A stretch of 64,000 nucleotides of DNA from Deltaproteobacteria bacterium (GCA_033763315.1 JANRKS010000002.1:1-64000); one strand, 5' to 3'. Counted from the first letter of the stretch, positions 10,670 through 21,100 are shown. Notes: a model not told the origin generated them from the sequence alone. Numbers and translations are program-made.

Positions 10670-10695
10670 CTGTAATCCCGCGGCTCCGTTTGCGT
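10670..10695 (+). promoter_or_regulatory. Candidate ECF (CorE-type) promoter of copZ: CTGTAAT-N12-TTTGCGT(C)
   Basis: Matches the motif upstream of copA and contains an ECF-like -10 CGTC. Confidence 0.65.
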
Positions 10696-10728
10696 CTTCA
10701 TATATGAGCAACCAACGCTGGAAAGGAC

Positions 10729-10962
10729 ATGGTCATGAAAGAGCAACAAGAAACAGTCATTCAGGTTCGAGGCATGACGTGCGGCGCCTGCGTCCGCCAC
10801 GTGACAAAGGCACTCACAGACGTGGAAGGCGTCACCGACGTAGAGGTGCACAGGCGTGAAGGGCGCGTGGTGGTAAGGCACGACAGCTCGGTGGCTTCGC
10901 TGACGGAGGCGGTGCGGGCGGCGGGCTACGATGCTGACAGCGCCGTTGCGGAGCTGACGTAA
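10729..10962 (+). CDS. copZ: Heavy-metal (copper) chaperone, HMA domain
   Basis: VRGMTCGACVRHV...AVRAAGY, 77 aa, AGGA RBS. Confidence 0.92.
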   Translation: MVMKEQQETVIQVRGMTCGACVRHVTKALTDVEGVTDVEVHRREGRVVVRHDSSVASLTEAVRAAGYDADSAVAELT

Positions 10963-10993
10963 CGTCTAGCGACGCGTGCTCATCGGCGCTTGT

Positions 10994-11074
10994 TCAGTGC
11001 CGGTGCCGGTGGTGCGCGTCTGATACGTGCGGGTGAGCGTGCACAAGTGGTGCGTGCCGATGGTGATGGCTGTG
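10994..11074 (-). pseudogene. His-rich C-terminal remnant, probably of an EamA/DMT-family metal transporter
   Basis: HSHHHRHAPLVHAHPHVSDAHHRHRH-stop resembles His-rich DMT tails. The upstream frame is the antisense of the next gene. Confidence 0.55.
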
Positions 11075-11107
11075 CGCACGCTTAAAGGGAAGTAAAGTTC
11101 CGCCGAT

Positions 11108-11731
11108 ATGGCGATCGTGGAAACCTGTCCGCCGTTGGCACTGCGATTGTCTGGCACTGTGCGAACGGCTCTGGCGCCATTCGACCTTTCCGTACTCGAA
11201 ACGGAAACCTACACAATCTACGCGTTGGGTCCTAATTTTGAACTGGGGTACATGAACCCTGCCTGGTTCAAGTTTGCCGACGAAAATAACGGCAGCGGTG
11301 TTCGAACAAGGTTCACTCTTGGTGTGGAGGTTGTACGGGGGATCGCACCCCCGCTGCAGGATAAATATGTCTCGTGCTTGCAAAGGGCGCAGATCTCAGG
11401 TGAACCGATCGAGGACAACTATCTTTGCCCCAGCCCTTCGCTTGCACGAACCTTCCGTCTTCGTGTGTTGCCCTTGCCCGCGGGCGGTTGGCTTGTGCAC
11501 AACGCGTTGCTTGTGGAACGACCACATGACGAACCCGAATATGTGTTCAACGAATCGTACAAAGACGCCCGTGGACTTATTGTTCAATGCTGTAGTTGCC
11601 GACGTGTCCGCCACGGGACGGACACAAATCGTTGGGACTGGGTTCCCTCTCTCCTCGATTCAGAACCGGGACCAATCAGTCACGGATTGTGCACTCCTTG
11701 CTTGGGATTTGCGTTTCCTCCTGCGCCATAA
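11108..11731 (+). CDS. Hypothetical PAS-like protein with C-terminal CxxC...SHGLCxxC zinc-binding tail
   Basis: YMNPAWFKFADEN PAS-like segment, QCCSCRRVR...W...ISHGLCTPC. Confidence 0.7.
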   Translation: MAIVETCPPLALRLSGTVRTALAPFDLSVLETETYTIYALGPNFELGYMNPAWFKFADENNGSGVRTRFTLGVEVVRGIAPPLQDKYVSCLQRAQISGEPIEDNYLCPSPSLARTFRLRVLPLPAGGWLVHNALLVERPHDEPEYVFNESYKDARGLIVQCCSCRRVRHGTDTNRWDWVPSLLDSEPGPISHGLCTPCLGFAFPPAP

Positions 11732-11805
11732 GGCGAAAGCGACACGTATCCTCGGGGCGGGCCGCCGCCGTCGCCCGATTTCGCGACCGCGCGGTCAGCG
11801 GATAT

Positions 11806-12696
11806 TCACCAGAAGGCGGGGCGCTCGGGCATCGGCGCGTGGCACTTGCCGCAGCGCCGGTGGTCGTCCGAGACATCCTCAAGCGAGGCGCAGGACGGGC
11901 AGCGCACCCAGATGCGGTTGATGCGCGTCGGGGTCCAGACGCTGGTCCACACAGAGGCGACGAAGTTCTCGCCGAAAAGCTCTTTCATCGCCACCGCGTG
12001 GTGCTTGCCAAGCGCCCGGCTCATCGAAGTCTCGTCTTCCCAAGCCGTGACGGTGAACCCACGCAGACCCGTGAATCCCGTGACAATCGAGATGAAACCC
12101 GGTTCGGCCATGAAATCCTGTACGTTCTGCCGCGAGTGCGCGCGGATGCGTTCCTTCTCCTCTTCGTTGGCGCCCTGGATCCATGTGAGGGCGATGACGC
12201 CCGGTGCCTTCTTGTTCGCGGACGGAACCCGCATGGAGTAGCCGTACTTCGCCGCACCTTGCTCGACGGGTTGGATGAGAGCCATGAGGCCGAAGCTCTC
12301 GACGAAAGCCTTCTGGTCGAAGTAGCCGCGCACCGCGCGGATGCCGTCGTCGCTGACGTCGAAGACAGAGACGCCTCGAAGCATCATCGCCTTCGCGGTG
12401 GCGTTGATACCAGTTAGGAGTGGACCACGGTTGTGTCCGCGCAGGGTCCACTCCACCACAAATTGGCCATCGTCACCGATCGCTTTGGAGCGCTCGAAGG
12501 AAAGATCGGGGAAAGCGGCGCAGAGCGGATCGACGACACGCGCGATGTCTGCGCCAGGGACCGTGCCACCGGTTGTCATGTCTTCGTACGTACCCTGAGC
12601 GTCGAATGTGCGCGCGACGGCAGAGGCGTCGTGGGCGTTCCATCCGTTGAAGTACGCGTCGACGAACGCCCTGTGCTTGGTTACGTCAGTGGCCAT
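11806..12696 (-). CDS. SnoaL/ester cyclase-like (NTF2 fold) protein with C-terminal ABM-like region and zinc ribbon
   Basis: YFNGWNAHD, AFPDLSF, VVEWTLRG, RGYFDQ; C-terminal CPSC...CGKC. Confidence 0.8.
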   Translation of the reverse strand: MATDVTKHRAFVDAYFNGWNAHDASAVARTFDAQGTYEDMTTGGTVPGADIARVVDPLCAAFPDLSFERSKAIGDDGQFVVEWTLRGHNRGPLLTGINATAKAMMLRGVSVFDVSDDGIRAVRGYFDQKAFVESFGLMALIQPVEQGAAKYGYSMRVPSANKKAPGVIALTWIQGANEEEKERIRAHSRQNVQDFMAEPGFISIVTGFTGLRGFTVTAWEDETSMSRALGKHHAVAMKELFGENFVASVWTSVWTPTRINRIWVRCPSCASLEDVSDDHRRCGKCHAPMPERPAFW

Positions 12697-12727
12697 GCGC
12701 AAGCTTCCTTTGTGGTGAGGTCAGTGC

Positions 12728-13498
12728 TCAGCGGCCGAGCGTCTCGATGATGAGGTTCGCGGTCTCAGTGCCCGAGAAGTTCTGCTGGCCCGTGATGAGG
12801 TTGCCGTCGCGCACAGCGAAGCTACGCCACATGCCCGCCTGCACGAAATTGGCGCCGAGCGTCTTGAGCTCGTCCTCGATACGCCACGGCATCAGGTGCT
12901 TGTCTTTGGGAAGCGCGCCCATGCTCCACACCGCGTTGTCCGCAAAGTCTTCCTCGACGTTGGCAAAGCCCGTCACCGTCTTGCCCTTTGCGAGCAGTTC
13001 ACCGTTCCCAAGCTTGGCATAGCGCAAGAGCGCGACGCCGTGGCAGAGCGCGCAGGCAATCTTGCCGGCTTCGTAAAACTCTACGAACTTCTTATGCAGG
13101 TCCGTCGCCTTCTCGAAGCTGAACATGGGCGCTTGGCCACCAGCAACGATGATGGCGTCGAAGCGCGCGACATTGATTTCCGAGACGGGTTTGGTCTTCT
13201 CAACGAGCGCAGCGAGGCTCGGGGTGTTGATGAACCCCATGCTGATGAGGTCGGACGCAGAGTACCCGCTCGCGTCGCGGGGATCGGACATGCCGTCCGC
13301 ATCGCATTTGCCGCCCGCGGGGCTGAAGATCTCGACCTCGTAGCCCGCCTCGTGGAAGGCGTAGTACGGGTGTGTCAGCTCGGACCACCAGAAGCCGACC
13401 GGCCAGCCCGTGGTGCTGGAGGTTGTGGGGTTCGCGATGACGATCGCGACGCGCTTGGGCTTGCTCTTGTTCGACGGGTTCGGGTCTTTAAGGCTCAT
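12728..13498 (-). CDS. DJ-1/PfpI family (type 1 glutamine amidotransferase-like) protein
   Basis: GFWWSELTHPY, AGGQAP, ALCHG nucleophile, DGNLITGQQNFS. Start reassigned to MSLKDP behind an AGGAG RBS. Confidence 0.9.
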   Translation of the reverse strand: MSLKDPNPSNKSKPKRVAIVIANPTTSSTTGWPVGFWWSELTHPYYAFHEAGYEVEIFSPAGGKCDADGMSDPRDASGYSASDLISMGFINTPSLAALVEKTKPVSEINVARFDAIIVAGGQAPMFSFEKATDLHKKFVEFYEAGKIACALCHGVALLRYAKLGNGELLAKGKTVTGFANVEEDFADNAVWSMGALPKDKHLMPWRIEDELKTLGANFVQAGMWRSFAVRDGNLITGQQNFSGTETANLIIETLGR

Positions 13499-13588
13499 GT
13501 CGTTCGCTCCTTTGTGAGGACGGGATGTCCCAGTGCGAAGAACTATCGAGCCTGGTTTACATGCAGACAACGCAAGATCTCTAAAGTC

Positions 13589-13611
13589 ATAGTTGCAATC
13601 AATGCAACTAT
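13589..13611. promoter_or_regulatory. Perfect palindrome ATAGTTGCA-N5-TGCAACTAT, candidate LysR operator
   Basis: 9-bp inverted repeat ~90 bp upstream of the DJ-1 gene. The same half-site overlaps the LysR start (14599-14607). Confidence 0.65.
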
Positions 13612-14603
13612 CGCGCGCGGCCCCTTCGCTTGCGCGTCTGGCCCGAGGTCGGGTCGGTCGCATCGAGGCGGGTGCGTGGCTCCTCGTGACGGTCTCCGGC
13701 CGCCTCTGCAGCCGCACGCAGGAAGACCTCGCGGAGGAAGCGGTGTGCTGGATCCCCGTCCATGCGCGGATGCCACACGAGGCTGAGGGCGTAGGGCCTG
13801 AGCTTCACCGGCACCTCCAAAAGCTTGAGCGAGAGCGTCTCCGCATACCGCTTTGCGATGCGCTCCGAGATCGTGAGCACGTAGTTCGTCTCGGCGGCCA
13901 GCTGCAGCGCCGTGACGAAGTACGGAACGGCGCGAGCGACGGTGCGAGACAGGCCACGATCGCGAAGCACGTCGTCGATGTAACCGCCGGGCTTGCCCCG
14001 CGGAGCGACCTGGATATGCGGGATGCCCACGAACTGCTCGATCGTGAAGCGCTTCTTCGTTGCTGGGTGATCGCGCCGCACGACGCACACGAAGCGATCG
14101 GTGAGCAGCGGACGACGCCTCATCTCCTGTGGCAGATCACCATAAATGCCGACGGCGAGGTCTGACCCCTGGTCGCGAAGGAGGGCAGGGTCGTCTGGCG
14201 TGTTGGGGATGAAGCGTACGCATACCTTCGGCGCCTCTTTCCGGAGGAGCCGGTCGACCGCGGCGCCAAGGACACTGAGCACGTAGTCGGTCGCGTGCAC
14301 CACGAAGGTCCGCGACAATTCGCTTGCCACGAAGGGGCGCTCGGGATCGAGCGTGCGCCTCGCCTGGGTGACGACGCTGTGGACCTGCGGTTTCAGCGCA
14401 AGCGCGCGTGGCGTGAGCAGCATGCCCCGCCCCGACCGCACAAGGATGGGGTCGGCAAGCCGCTCGCGGATCCGTGCGAGTGCGTGGCTCATCGCCGGGG
14501 TCGAGAGCCCAACCCGACGGGCGGCGCCCGTCACGCTGCCCTCTTGGAGAAGCGCGTCGAGGCTGACCAGCAGGCCCAGGTCTGAGGATTCCATCTGGTG
14601 CAA
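13608..14603 (-). CDS. LysR-family transcriptional regulator
   Basis: DLGLLVSLDALLQEGSVTGAARRVGLSTPAMSHALARIR HTH plus substrate-binding domain. Confidence 0.95.
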   Translation of the reverse strand: MHQMESSDLGLLVSLDALLQEGSVTGAARRVGLSTPAMSHALARIRERLADPILVRSGRGMLLTPRALALKPQVHSVVTQARRTLDPERPFVASELSRTFVVHATDYVLSVLGAAVDRLLRKEAPKVCVRFIPNTPDDPALLRDQGSDLAVGIYGDLPQEMRRRPLLTDRFVCVVRRDHPATKKRFTIEQFVGIPHIQVAPRGKPGGYIDDVLRDRGLSRTVARAVPYFVTALQLAAETNYVLTISERIAKRYAETLSLKLLEVPVKLRPYALSLVWHPRMDGDPAHRFLREVFLRAAAEAAGDRHEEPRTRLDATDPTSGQTRKRRGRAR

Positions 14604-14756
14604 CTATGATGTTTAGTGGTTGCTCTGGTCAAGATGGAGACATTGCAGCCACCTGCCGGTCGCCTGACGAACCTGGAGCGCGCCATCGAGCCGGTGCTCA
14701 AGTGACAGAGGCCGCCACTGCACAGCGAAGGGTGGCTCACTATAGAGCGCGAAGGC

Positions 14757-16232
14757 TTAGACTCGCATTAGCTGGGCGATCGTGCCGCTGCCGGGGTCGT
14801 TGTCGCCGAACTTCTCAATCGACATTCCGAAGGCCTGTCCGATGGAGGTGAGAAGTCGCTGATGCACAACCCACTTCGCCACATCCAGTTTGCTGCCGGG
14901 ACTTCTGGCCGGGTTAGGCAACTTGATCGCCTGCCCCGTTTTGAAGGCGAAGTTGCCACCCCCTGCCATCCACAGCGGGAACCTGTGGTGATTATGCGGG
15001 CCAAGCGTGGACGTTTGCAAAGTGGTTGTATCCGAGCCGAAAAGAATCAGGGTGTTGTCCAACACCGATCCGTTCCCTTCTTTGATCGCGTCCAACCGGT
15101 TAAGCAGGTAAGCCCAGCGAGCTGCGAACCAGCGATCGTACTTCTTGTGATTTTCGATATCGACTTGTTGCCCCTTGGCATCGCCGATAGCGTGGGTCGT
15201 GTTGTGCTGGTTCACCCCAGGCACGGCATCGTCGACGCCGCCATCGCATATTCCCAATTGAAGGGACGCCGAGCGCGTTAGATCACAAGCAAACGCCGCC
15301 GCGATCAAATCCATCTGAGTGTGTACACGATCTTCAATCTTCGATGGCGGGCTGAATGCCGGTTTGGCACACCCTTGCGACGCTGTTCCGGCAGGCGCCG
15401 GAGTTGACGTTCCCGAGGAAGGCGCTGACGGTGTGGTCGTGCCACCGGCCATCAGCTTGAGGCGATTCTCAAGACTACTTACGCCATCGAGATGTTCATC
15501 AATTTTATGCTGATCAGCTTTGCCTGCCAGGCCGCGGACGCGCGTCAGGTCAGCCTTTACCAAGTTGAGAACCGATTGCTGTTGCTTGCGGTTGCGCTCG
15601 ATCGCGCTCGTGTCGATGGCCGGTGGCGGTGTGCCGCCACCACCGGTTCCGCCAGAGCCGCCGGGGGCCGTAGGCAAGTTCGAGCCCTTAAAAAGCATAT
15701 CGAACACCGCTTGCGGGCTACCTTGCGCCGCAACGGGTGTTTGGCTCTTGCTGAAAAACACACCTGTATGATCACTGGGCGTGCCTGCGTTCACGCCCAA
15801 GGCGAGCGCGCGAAACTGTGTCTTGGCCTGCGCGTATTGATGATCGGCCACCGCTTGTTCGATCGAGGGACCCGTGGCAAAGCCTGCCTTCTTGGAACCG
15901 GTGAACACCATCGTGCCACCGGCAGCGTGTTCATTGTCATCGTTGCTGAAGAACCATTGGGGGCCATAAAGGGCCAGTCCGTCGAGGTAGATGAGCTTGC
16001 TCTTCCACTGGTTCAGGGCCGTCATGGTTTCACCCAGCGTAAGATCAGCGCCTGTGCCCGTTGGCCAAAAGGAGTTCTCCAGATAGCCCATCGGGTGGAA
16101 GACGGAGAGGATCCGCTTGGGCGCTGAGGCCGCGCGAACGGACTTCGGCAAAAATGGCGCAAGCCGGCTCACTCCGCCCGCGGCCGCCACCGCCGCTAAC
16201 ATACGTCTACGTGAAAAGGATGTGGTGCTCAT
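14757..16232 (-). CDS. DUF1552 (HXXSHH) family protein, Tat-exported (copy 1)
   Basis: FSRRRML Tat motif, PSIEQAVA, KIDEHL, AFACDLTR, HNTTH, EGNGSVLDNTL, PLWMAGG..FKTG. Confidence 0.9.
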   Translation of the reverse strand: MSTTSFSRRRMLAAVAAAGGVSRLAPFLPKSVRAASAPKRILSVFHPMGYLENSFWPTGTGADLTLGETMTALNQWKSKLIYLDGLALYGPQWFFSNDDNEHAAGGTMVFTGSKKAGFATGPSIEQAVADHQYAQAKTQFRALALGVNAGTPSDHTGVFFSKSQTPVAAQGSPQAVFDMLFKGSNLPTAPGGSGGTGGGGTPPPAIDTSAIERNRKQQQSVLNLVKADLTRVRGLAGKADQHKIDEHLDGVSSLENRLKLMAGGTTTPSAPSSGTSTPAPAGTASQGCAKPAFSPPSKIEDRVHTQMDLIAAAFACDLTRSASLQLGICDGGVDDAVPGVNQHNTTHAIGDAKGQQVDIENHKKYDRWFAARWAYLLNRLDAIKEGNGSVLDNTLILFGSDTTTLQTSTLGPHNHHRFPLWMAGGGNFAFKTGQAIKLPNPARSPGSKLDVAKWVVHQRLLTSIGQAFGMSIEKFGDNDPGSGTIAQLMRV

Positions 16233-16233
16233 A

Positions 16234-17943
16234 CTACTGCCCCCTATAGAAACGGAAAGAATCGCTTACGACCAACGACAAGACGGCCGACTTGATGTCG
16301 CCTTTGCCTTTGAGGAAGGCGTTTGAGACACCGGCGAGTGAGCACGAATCTTGGTCCTCGGGATCGCGGCCCAAAGAGAAGCGCAGCCACTGCTGCGACA
16401 TGCACTTTCGTACGGCTGGGCTCTTTGAAAGGAGGCTGGCCAACTCTTCTGTATTCTTGAACTTGCCATCGCCTTCGATGTTCACGACCTCGCCTGATGT
16501 TTCAATGACGTTTCCGCCATCGTCTTTGGTCCGAAAGGCGCCCATAGCGTCGTAGCTTTCGAAGCCAAAGCCGATTGAATCCATCAGCTCGTGGCAACCC
16601 TTGCACGTTGGGTTTTCCTGATGAACACGAAGCAGCTCCTGTGCCGTCATGTTTTCCGCACCGGGTGGCAATGTGAAATCCACCGGCCCCGTTACCGGCG
16701 GAACCGGCTCGCAAAGAACCTCACGCCGCACCAGGTGTCCGCGGTTCACGGCACCGCGCGGGGACAACTGTTTGGGGTGCGAGGCTTGAACGCCCGCGAG
16801 CGTCAGCAGACCATGTCGCGAGCCGTCGGTGATTTCCGCGCGGCCGTCTTCGTCCGCCACAACGCCACCGTAAACGCGTGACAGGGGCCCCTCGGGAAAC
16901 ACATAAGGCGCGCTGAACATCTCTTCGATGGAGCCGCTGCCTTTTGTCATCACGTAATCAACGAACTTGCGTGGCTCTTCTGCCATCGCCTTTCGCATCT
17001 CAGATGTGAAATCCGCGAACTTTCCTGACTTGCTAACCTCTTCAGAGGTGACGTCATCGAAGCCCAACAACTCCACGTGAAATTCCTTCGCAACCCCAAG
17101 GAACCTATCGGACGAGATCAGCTTCTTTGCGTACTCCTGCACGCCTTCGGCCGTGTCAAGCTCGCCCGCCTCGGCTGCCGCAAACAGCGAAGAATCAGGC
17201 ATGGTTCCGGTGAGCACGAACGCCAGTCGCGATGCGATTTCATAACCGGTGAGTTTGCGCATCCCGTCTTGCTCTTCGCCACCAGCTTCGACCAAATAGA
17301 GGAAGTTCGGCGATGAAAGCATCGCTTGAACCACAAGGCGAATGCCGGCGCTGAAATTCTCTTCCTTGCCGGTCTTGTAAACAGATTCGAACGCGGCTTC
17401 TTCGTCGGCCAGAAGCGGCCTGCGGTAAGCCCGTGCGCCAAAGGATTTGATAAACTGGGCAGCGCAAGTGTCTTCGCCCATAGCCTTTGTGTCGCATGAC
17501 AAGAGGCCGAGTAGATTGGAGACGGCCTTCTCCGAAAGCGTTTTGGCCAAGGTGTCGTAGGCACCAACGTCACGTTCGTCAACCGGCTGCAAGGCGTTGG
17601 CCTTGAATGCGCCTGTTCGGAAATCACCAAGCAGCACAGACGTATCCGGACGCTCACCAATTAAGTCTTGTACAGCATTGGCGTACTGGCTGGCCGTGAG
17701 CCTGCGCCACCGCCCTGCGCCCACGCCGCGTGGACCTTCGCAAAGGGGCGCATCGTTTACATCAATGTCGTCCGGCGGAGGCTTGGCGCCGTCAGGGTCA
17801 ACGCTGCCGGTGCAGCCCGGTGTTCCGCCCAGCAAGGCACCACTTACGAGGCTGAGAGCCCAAAAGCCGCGCGTTAACCAGCGAGGGGCGGCAGGCGCCC
17901 GGACATTTAAAAACTTCACAGTCATGGGTGCTCCTTGGTACAT
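16234..17943 (-). CDS. DUF1592/DUF1588/DUF1595/DUF1587/DUF1585-domain lipoprotein with CxxCH (copy 1)
   Basis: RRLTASQYANAVQDL, FGARAYRRPL, SPNFLY, YEIASRL, CKGCH..MDSIGFGFESYDAMG. Confidence 0.9.
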   Translation of the reverse strand: MYQGAPMTVKFLNVRAPAAPRWLTRGFWALSLVSGALLGGTPGCTGSVDPDGAKPPPDDIDVNDAPLCEGPRGVGAGRWRRLTASQYANAVQDLIGERPDTSVLLGDFRTGAFKANALQPVDERDVGAYDTLAKTLSEKAVSNLLGLLSCDTKAMGEDTCAAQFIKSFGARAYRRPLLADEEAAFESVYKTGKEENFSAGIRLVVQAMLSSPNFLYLVEAGGEEQDGMRKLTGYEIASRLAFVLTGTMPDSSLFAAAEAGELDTAEGVQEYAKKLISSDRFLGVAKEFHVELLGFDDVTSEEVSKSGKFADFTSEMRKAMAEEPRKFVDYVMTKGSGSIEEMFSAPYVFPEGPLSRVYGGVVADEDGRAEITDGSRHGLLTLAGVQASHPKQLSPRGAVNRGHLVRREVLCEPVPPVTGPVDFTLPPGAENMTAQELLRVHQENPTCKGCHELMDSIGFGFESYDAMGAFRTKDDGGNVIETSGEVVNIEGDGKFKNTEELASLLSKSPAVRKCMSQQWLRFSLGRDPEDQDSCSLAGVSNAFLKGKGDIKSAVLSLVVSDSFRFYRGQ

Positions 17944-18170
17944 CTGACCACCTGGGGTCCGTCCAAGGATGTCTGATCTGTGCCCTCATTCACACGGGAC
18001 TAAGGTCCCAGTCGGCGCAAAATCCCCATTTGTTGAAGCAAACGCTGAAAAGGTGCAAGGCAGGCGTTCGGGTTTTGTCTGCGCGGGTCGTCTTTACCGA
18101 CTGACCCGTGCATTTGACACAACCGGCAATTGGCCGTTATCTGGTGCGCACGAGGGCGCTTGGTGACGGC

Positions 18171-21100
18171 ATGAAGGATCATGGATTTGGCGTGGTGATT
18201 CGGCGGAGCGTGGCCGTGGCGTGTTTGCTTTGCTTCATTTTGTTGGCCAACAGACACGCGACAGCCGAGGCAACGGTGAGCTCGTCTGATTCGGTGCTGG
18301 CGAAAGGGGCTGTGACGGTGGGGGCGGGCGTCGAGCCAGTGCAAGCTTGCAACGACAAGTTTGATTTCGAAGGCGTCATGCAAGGCTTGTTTCCGTTGCT
18401 GGGCACGGGCAAGGTGGACGTGCTTACCGCCACCGTTCCGGATCCGATAGACACTTCGTTTGCTTCATCATTCGATCAGTTTCTCGGCGCCATTCGAGAC
18501 GCGGCCGCCTCGGCCGGATTCAGCAGCGTGAGCCACTGGCTGCCGTGGCAAACGGATGTGCGTCTGCCGGAAGTGGTGCCAAACCATGATGTGGATGCCC
18601 ACAGTTTGCGCCCATGGGCGTGTTTGCCGGGCGTTTTGACGTTCCGGCGTGAAGGCGAAACGGATTCGTCCTTGATTGTGTTTTTGGTTGGCGAATCCGC
18701 CACGCAAGGTGTGCATCGGGTGGCTATGCGCGTGGCGCTTGAAAAGGCGCTCTCAATTCTGGAAGAACGCCACCTTTGGATCTTAGGTCCAACCTTCTCA
18801 GGATCCGCGTTCTCGATCCGGCAAGTCCTCGACAACATCGATGACCGACAGAAGGACGAATTCATCTTCACCATGCGTTCAGGCAGCGCCACCTCACCCA
18901 CAGTGAAGGCCGCCGTAACGGACGCCGCGAGCCCACGCAACCGCTTTTCAGCAACGGTGGTCCCGGACAACGTTCAAACGTGCGCGCTTTACCGCTACTT
19001 AAGCGACACGCTTGAAGTCGCCATGGACGATGTGGCGGTTCTGGTGGAATCGAACACCGCGTTCGGGAATTTTCTGAAAGACTTTCAATGCAAGGGGACC
19101 GACGAAGCTCCCCTTGCCCCTCGGCTGGTTGTGCCATTTCCGCTGCACGCTGCGCAGATGCGCTCGGCTTGGAATGGCAAAAGGGACAAGAAGGCCGAAG
19201 CGGCGGCCGCTTTGGTGCCTGCACCATTTGCGGCGGCCGATCTCGCGATGACTGTGCCTGAATCCACGGATCAAGTACCTTTGTTGGCACCTGACGCGGG
19301 CAACGCAGGGGCTCAACTTCTGACGGAAGATGTGATGACCACCATTTGCCGCCAACGCGTGCGGTACCTGGGCATTTATGCATCTGACGCTCGCGACGTG
19401 CTCGCCCTGGGAACGGCTGCCTTACAATACTGCCCACGCCTTGCGCTGTTTACGCTGGGGCCTGATCGCATTTTGCATCACGTTCAAGCGAAGGCGCTAC
19501 GTGGGATGCTGGTGGCCTCTTCTTATCCGTTGCACGCCAGTAGCCAAGAGCACGTCTTTCCGTATCTCGGGGGCAAGCGACTGCTGGCCTTTGCCAACGA
19601 AGCGGCCCAGGGCGTGTTCAATGCAACCTTGTTGTTCTTGGGAGCCTCAGAGTTTCTGGTTGATTTCGCCGAGCTTGACGTGGGCGGCTATGCAGAAAAA
19701 GCGAGAAACATCGCCCGTCCGGCGGTCTGGATCTCGGCGGTGGGGCGCGATGGGTTGTGGCCCATTGCCGCACGTCCTTATGGCGATGGCGATCGCGATT
19801 TCGTTGAACGCGTTGAAATTGGGACCAGTGACAAGACCCTGAGAAAGGATCGCTTGCCCGCTTTTCGTTCAGCGCCGCCAACAGGATTTTTGGCGCTCAC
19901 GTTGATCGTGCCCCTGTTTGGCATTCTGAATCTCTGTGGCTTGCTGGCGCAATCGAACCCGCGCGCGGCGCCCAGCCGAAGGCGTTCGTTGTGGGGCTGG
20001 TTGGACCTTTACCGGCGTGTTTCACCACGGTTCGACGTCAAACGACGCATGACAATCGCGGCGCTGTTTTTCGCCTTGATTCTACTTCACTGCGCAGTGT
20101 TGCTGTTGCTTTGCATTCCGCTGCAACTTGGCCACCGTGTGGGGCTGTGGCCGCAGACCTTGTTGACGGCTGTGGTCTTGGGCCTTTTGGTGGTGGCGTT
20201 CGGCTCTGTGTTGTTGCGGTTGCCTTTGTGGGTCCCACGCCGCCGGGTCATGCAGTTGGCATTGGATCGTTTGGCAGCGCGGCTGTGTTTGGGTGCGGCC
20301 TTGGGGTTTGGTTTCCTGGCCGGTGGACTTCACGCATCGGAATCGCTTGGTGTGTTGGGTCTGAGCTTGGCTCTGTTTTATGAGCGCGTCACGAACGTGA
20401 TGTCGGGGCTTTCACCCGCTGTGGGCGGTCTCTTTTATATGATTGCCCTGGTGTTTGCGGCCGTTTCGGAACTGAATCGGTTACGTTTGCTGAGCTTCGC
20501 TCACCGCTTTTCGTGGCGGTGTTTTGACTTCACGATTCCGTTTTCGGGCACATCGAACGTTTCGGAAAAACTTGCCGCTTCGCTTCGTACCAAGCCGTGG
20601 GGTTTCGTGGTCGTCTTTGCCGCGATGATTTTCGGGCGTTGGTTTGGCTCGGCTGACTACCATCATCCCTTTGAAGGCGCGTGGCTTGGGATCCTATTTT
20701 GCCGTGTTGGACCTTACGTGGTGGTGGGGATGCTGGCCTTCCAAATGTTGCGCTTCGCTCGCATTTGGGTCGTCCTGCGGCGCCATCTACGTGCAGAGGC
20801 CGAAAGCCATGCTGTGCCTGATCCCACGAAGCTGTTCCCCTCGCACATATTGATGTGTTTGCAGCTTCCCTTGGATCCCACGCTGGAAGATCAATTGGTC
20901 CGCCACTTTCGGGGCTTGCGGGCGCCCGGTCCAACTCTGTTGGAGGAAGCTCGCTGCGCGCGGTTGATGTTGTTCGTGAGTTATGTGCGCGCGCATATGC
21001 ACAACCTCATGACATTCGCCACCAGTTGTGGCGTGGCCTTGCTGTTTATTTCAACGTCCTATCCATTTAAGTTGCAACACTCCACGTCGATCATTACGGG

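Noticed and set aside
14634-14705. 23-codon ORF METLQPPAGRLTNLERAIEPVLK divergent from LysR
   Set aside because: Too short, no clear RBS and no recognisable family. It may be a relic but cannot be supported.
17944-18120. Search for a shared promoter upstream of the four DUF1592 genes
   Set aside because: No convincing common motif by eye (also checked the regions near 32640-32770, 46145-46253 and 56243-56350). Needs MEME on more copies.
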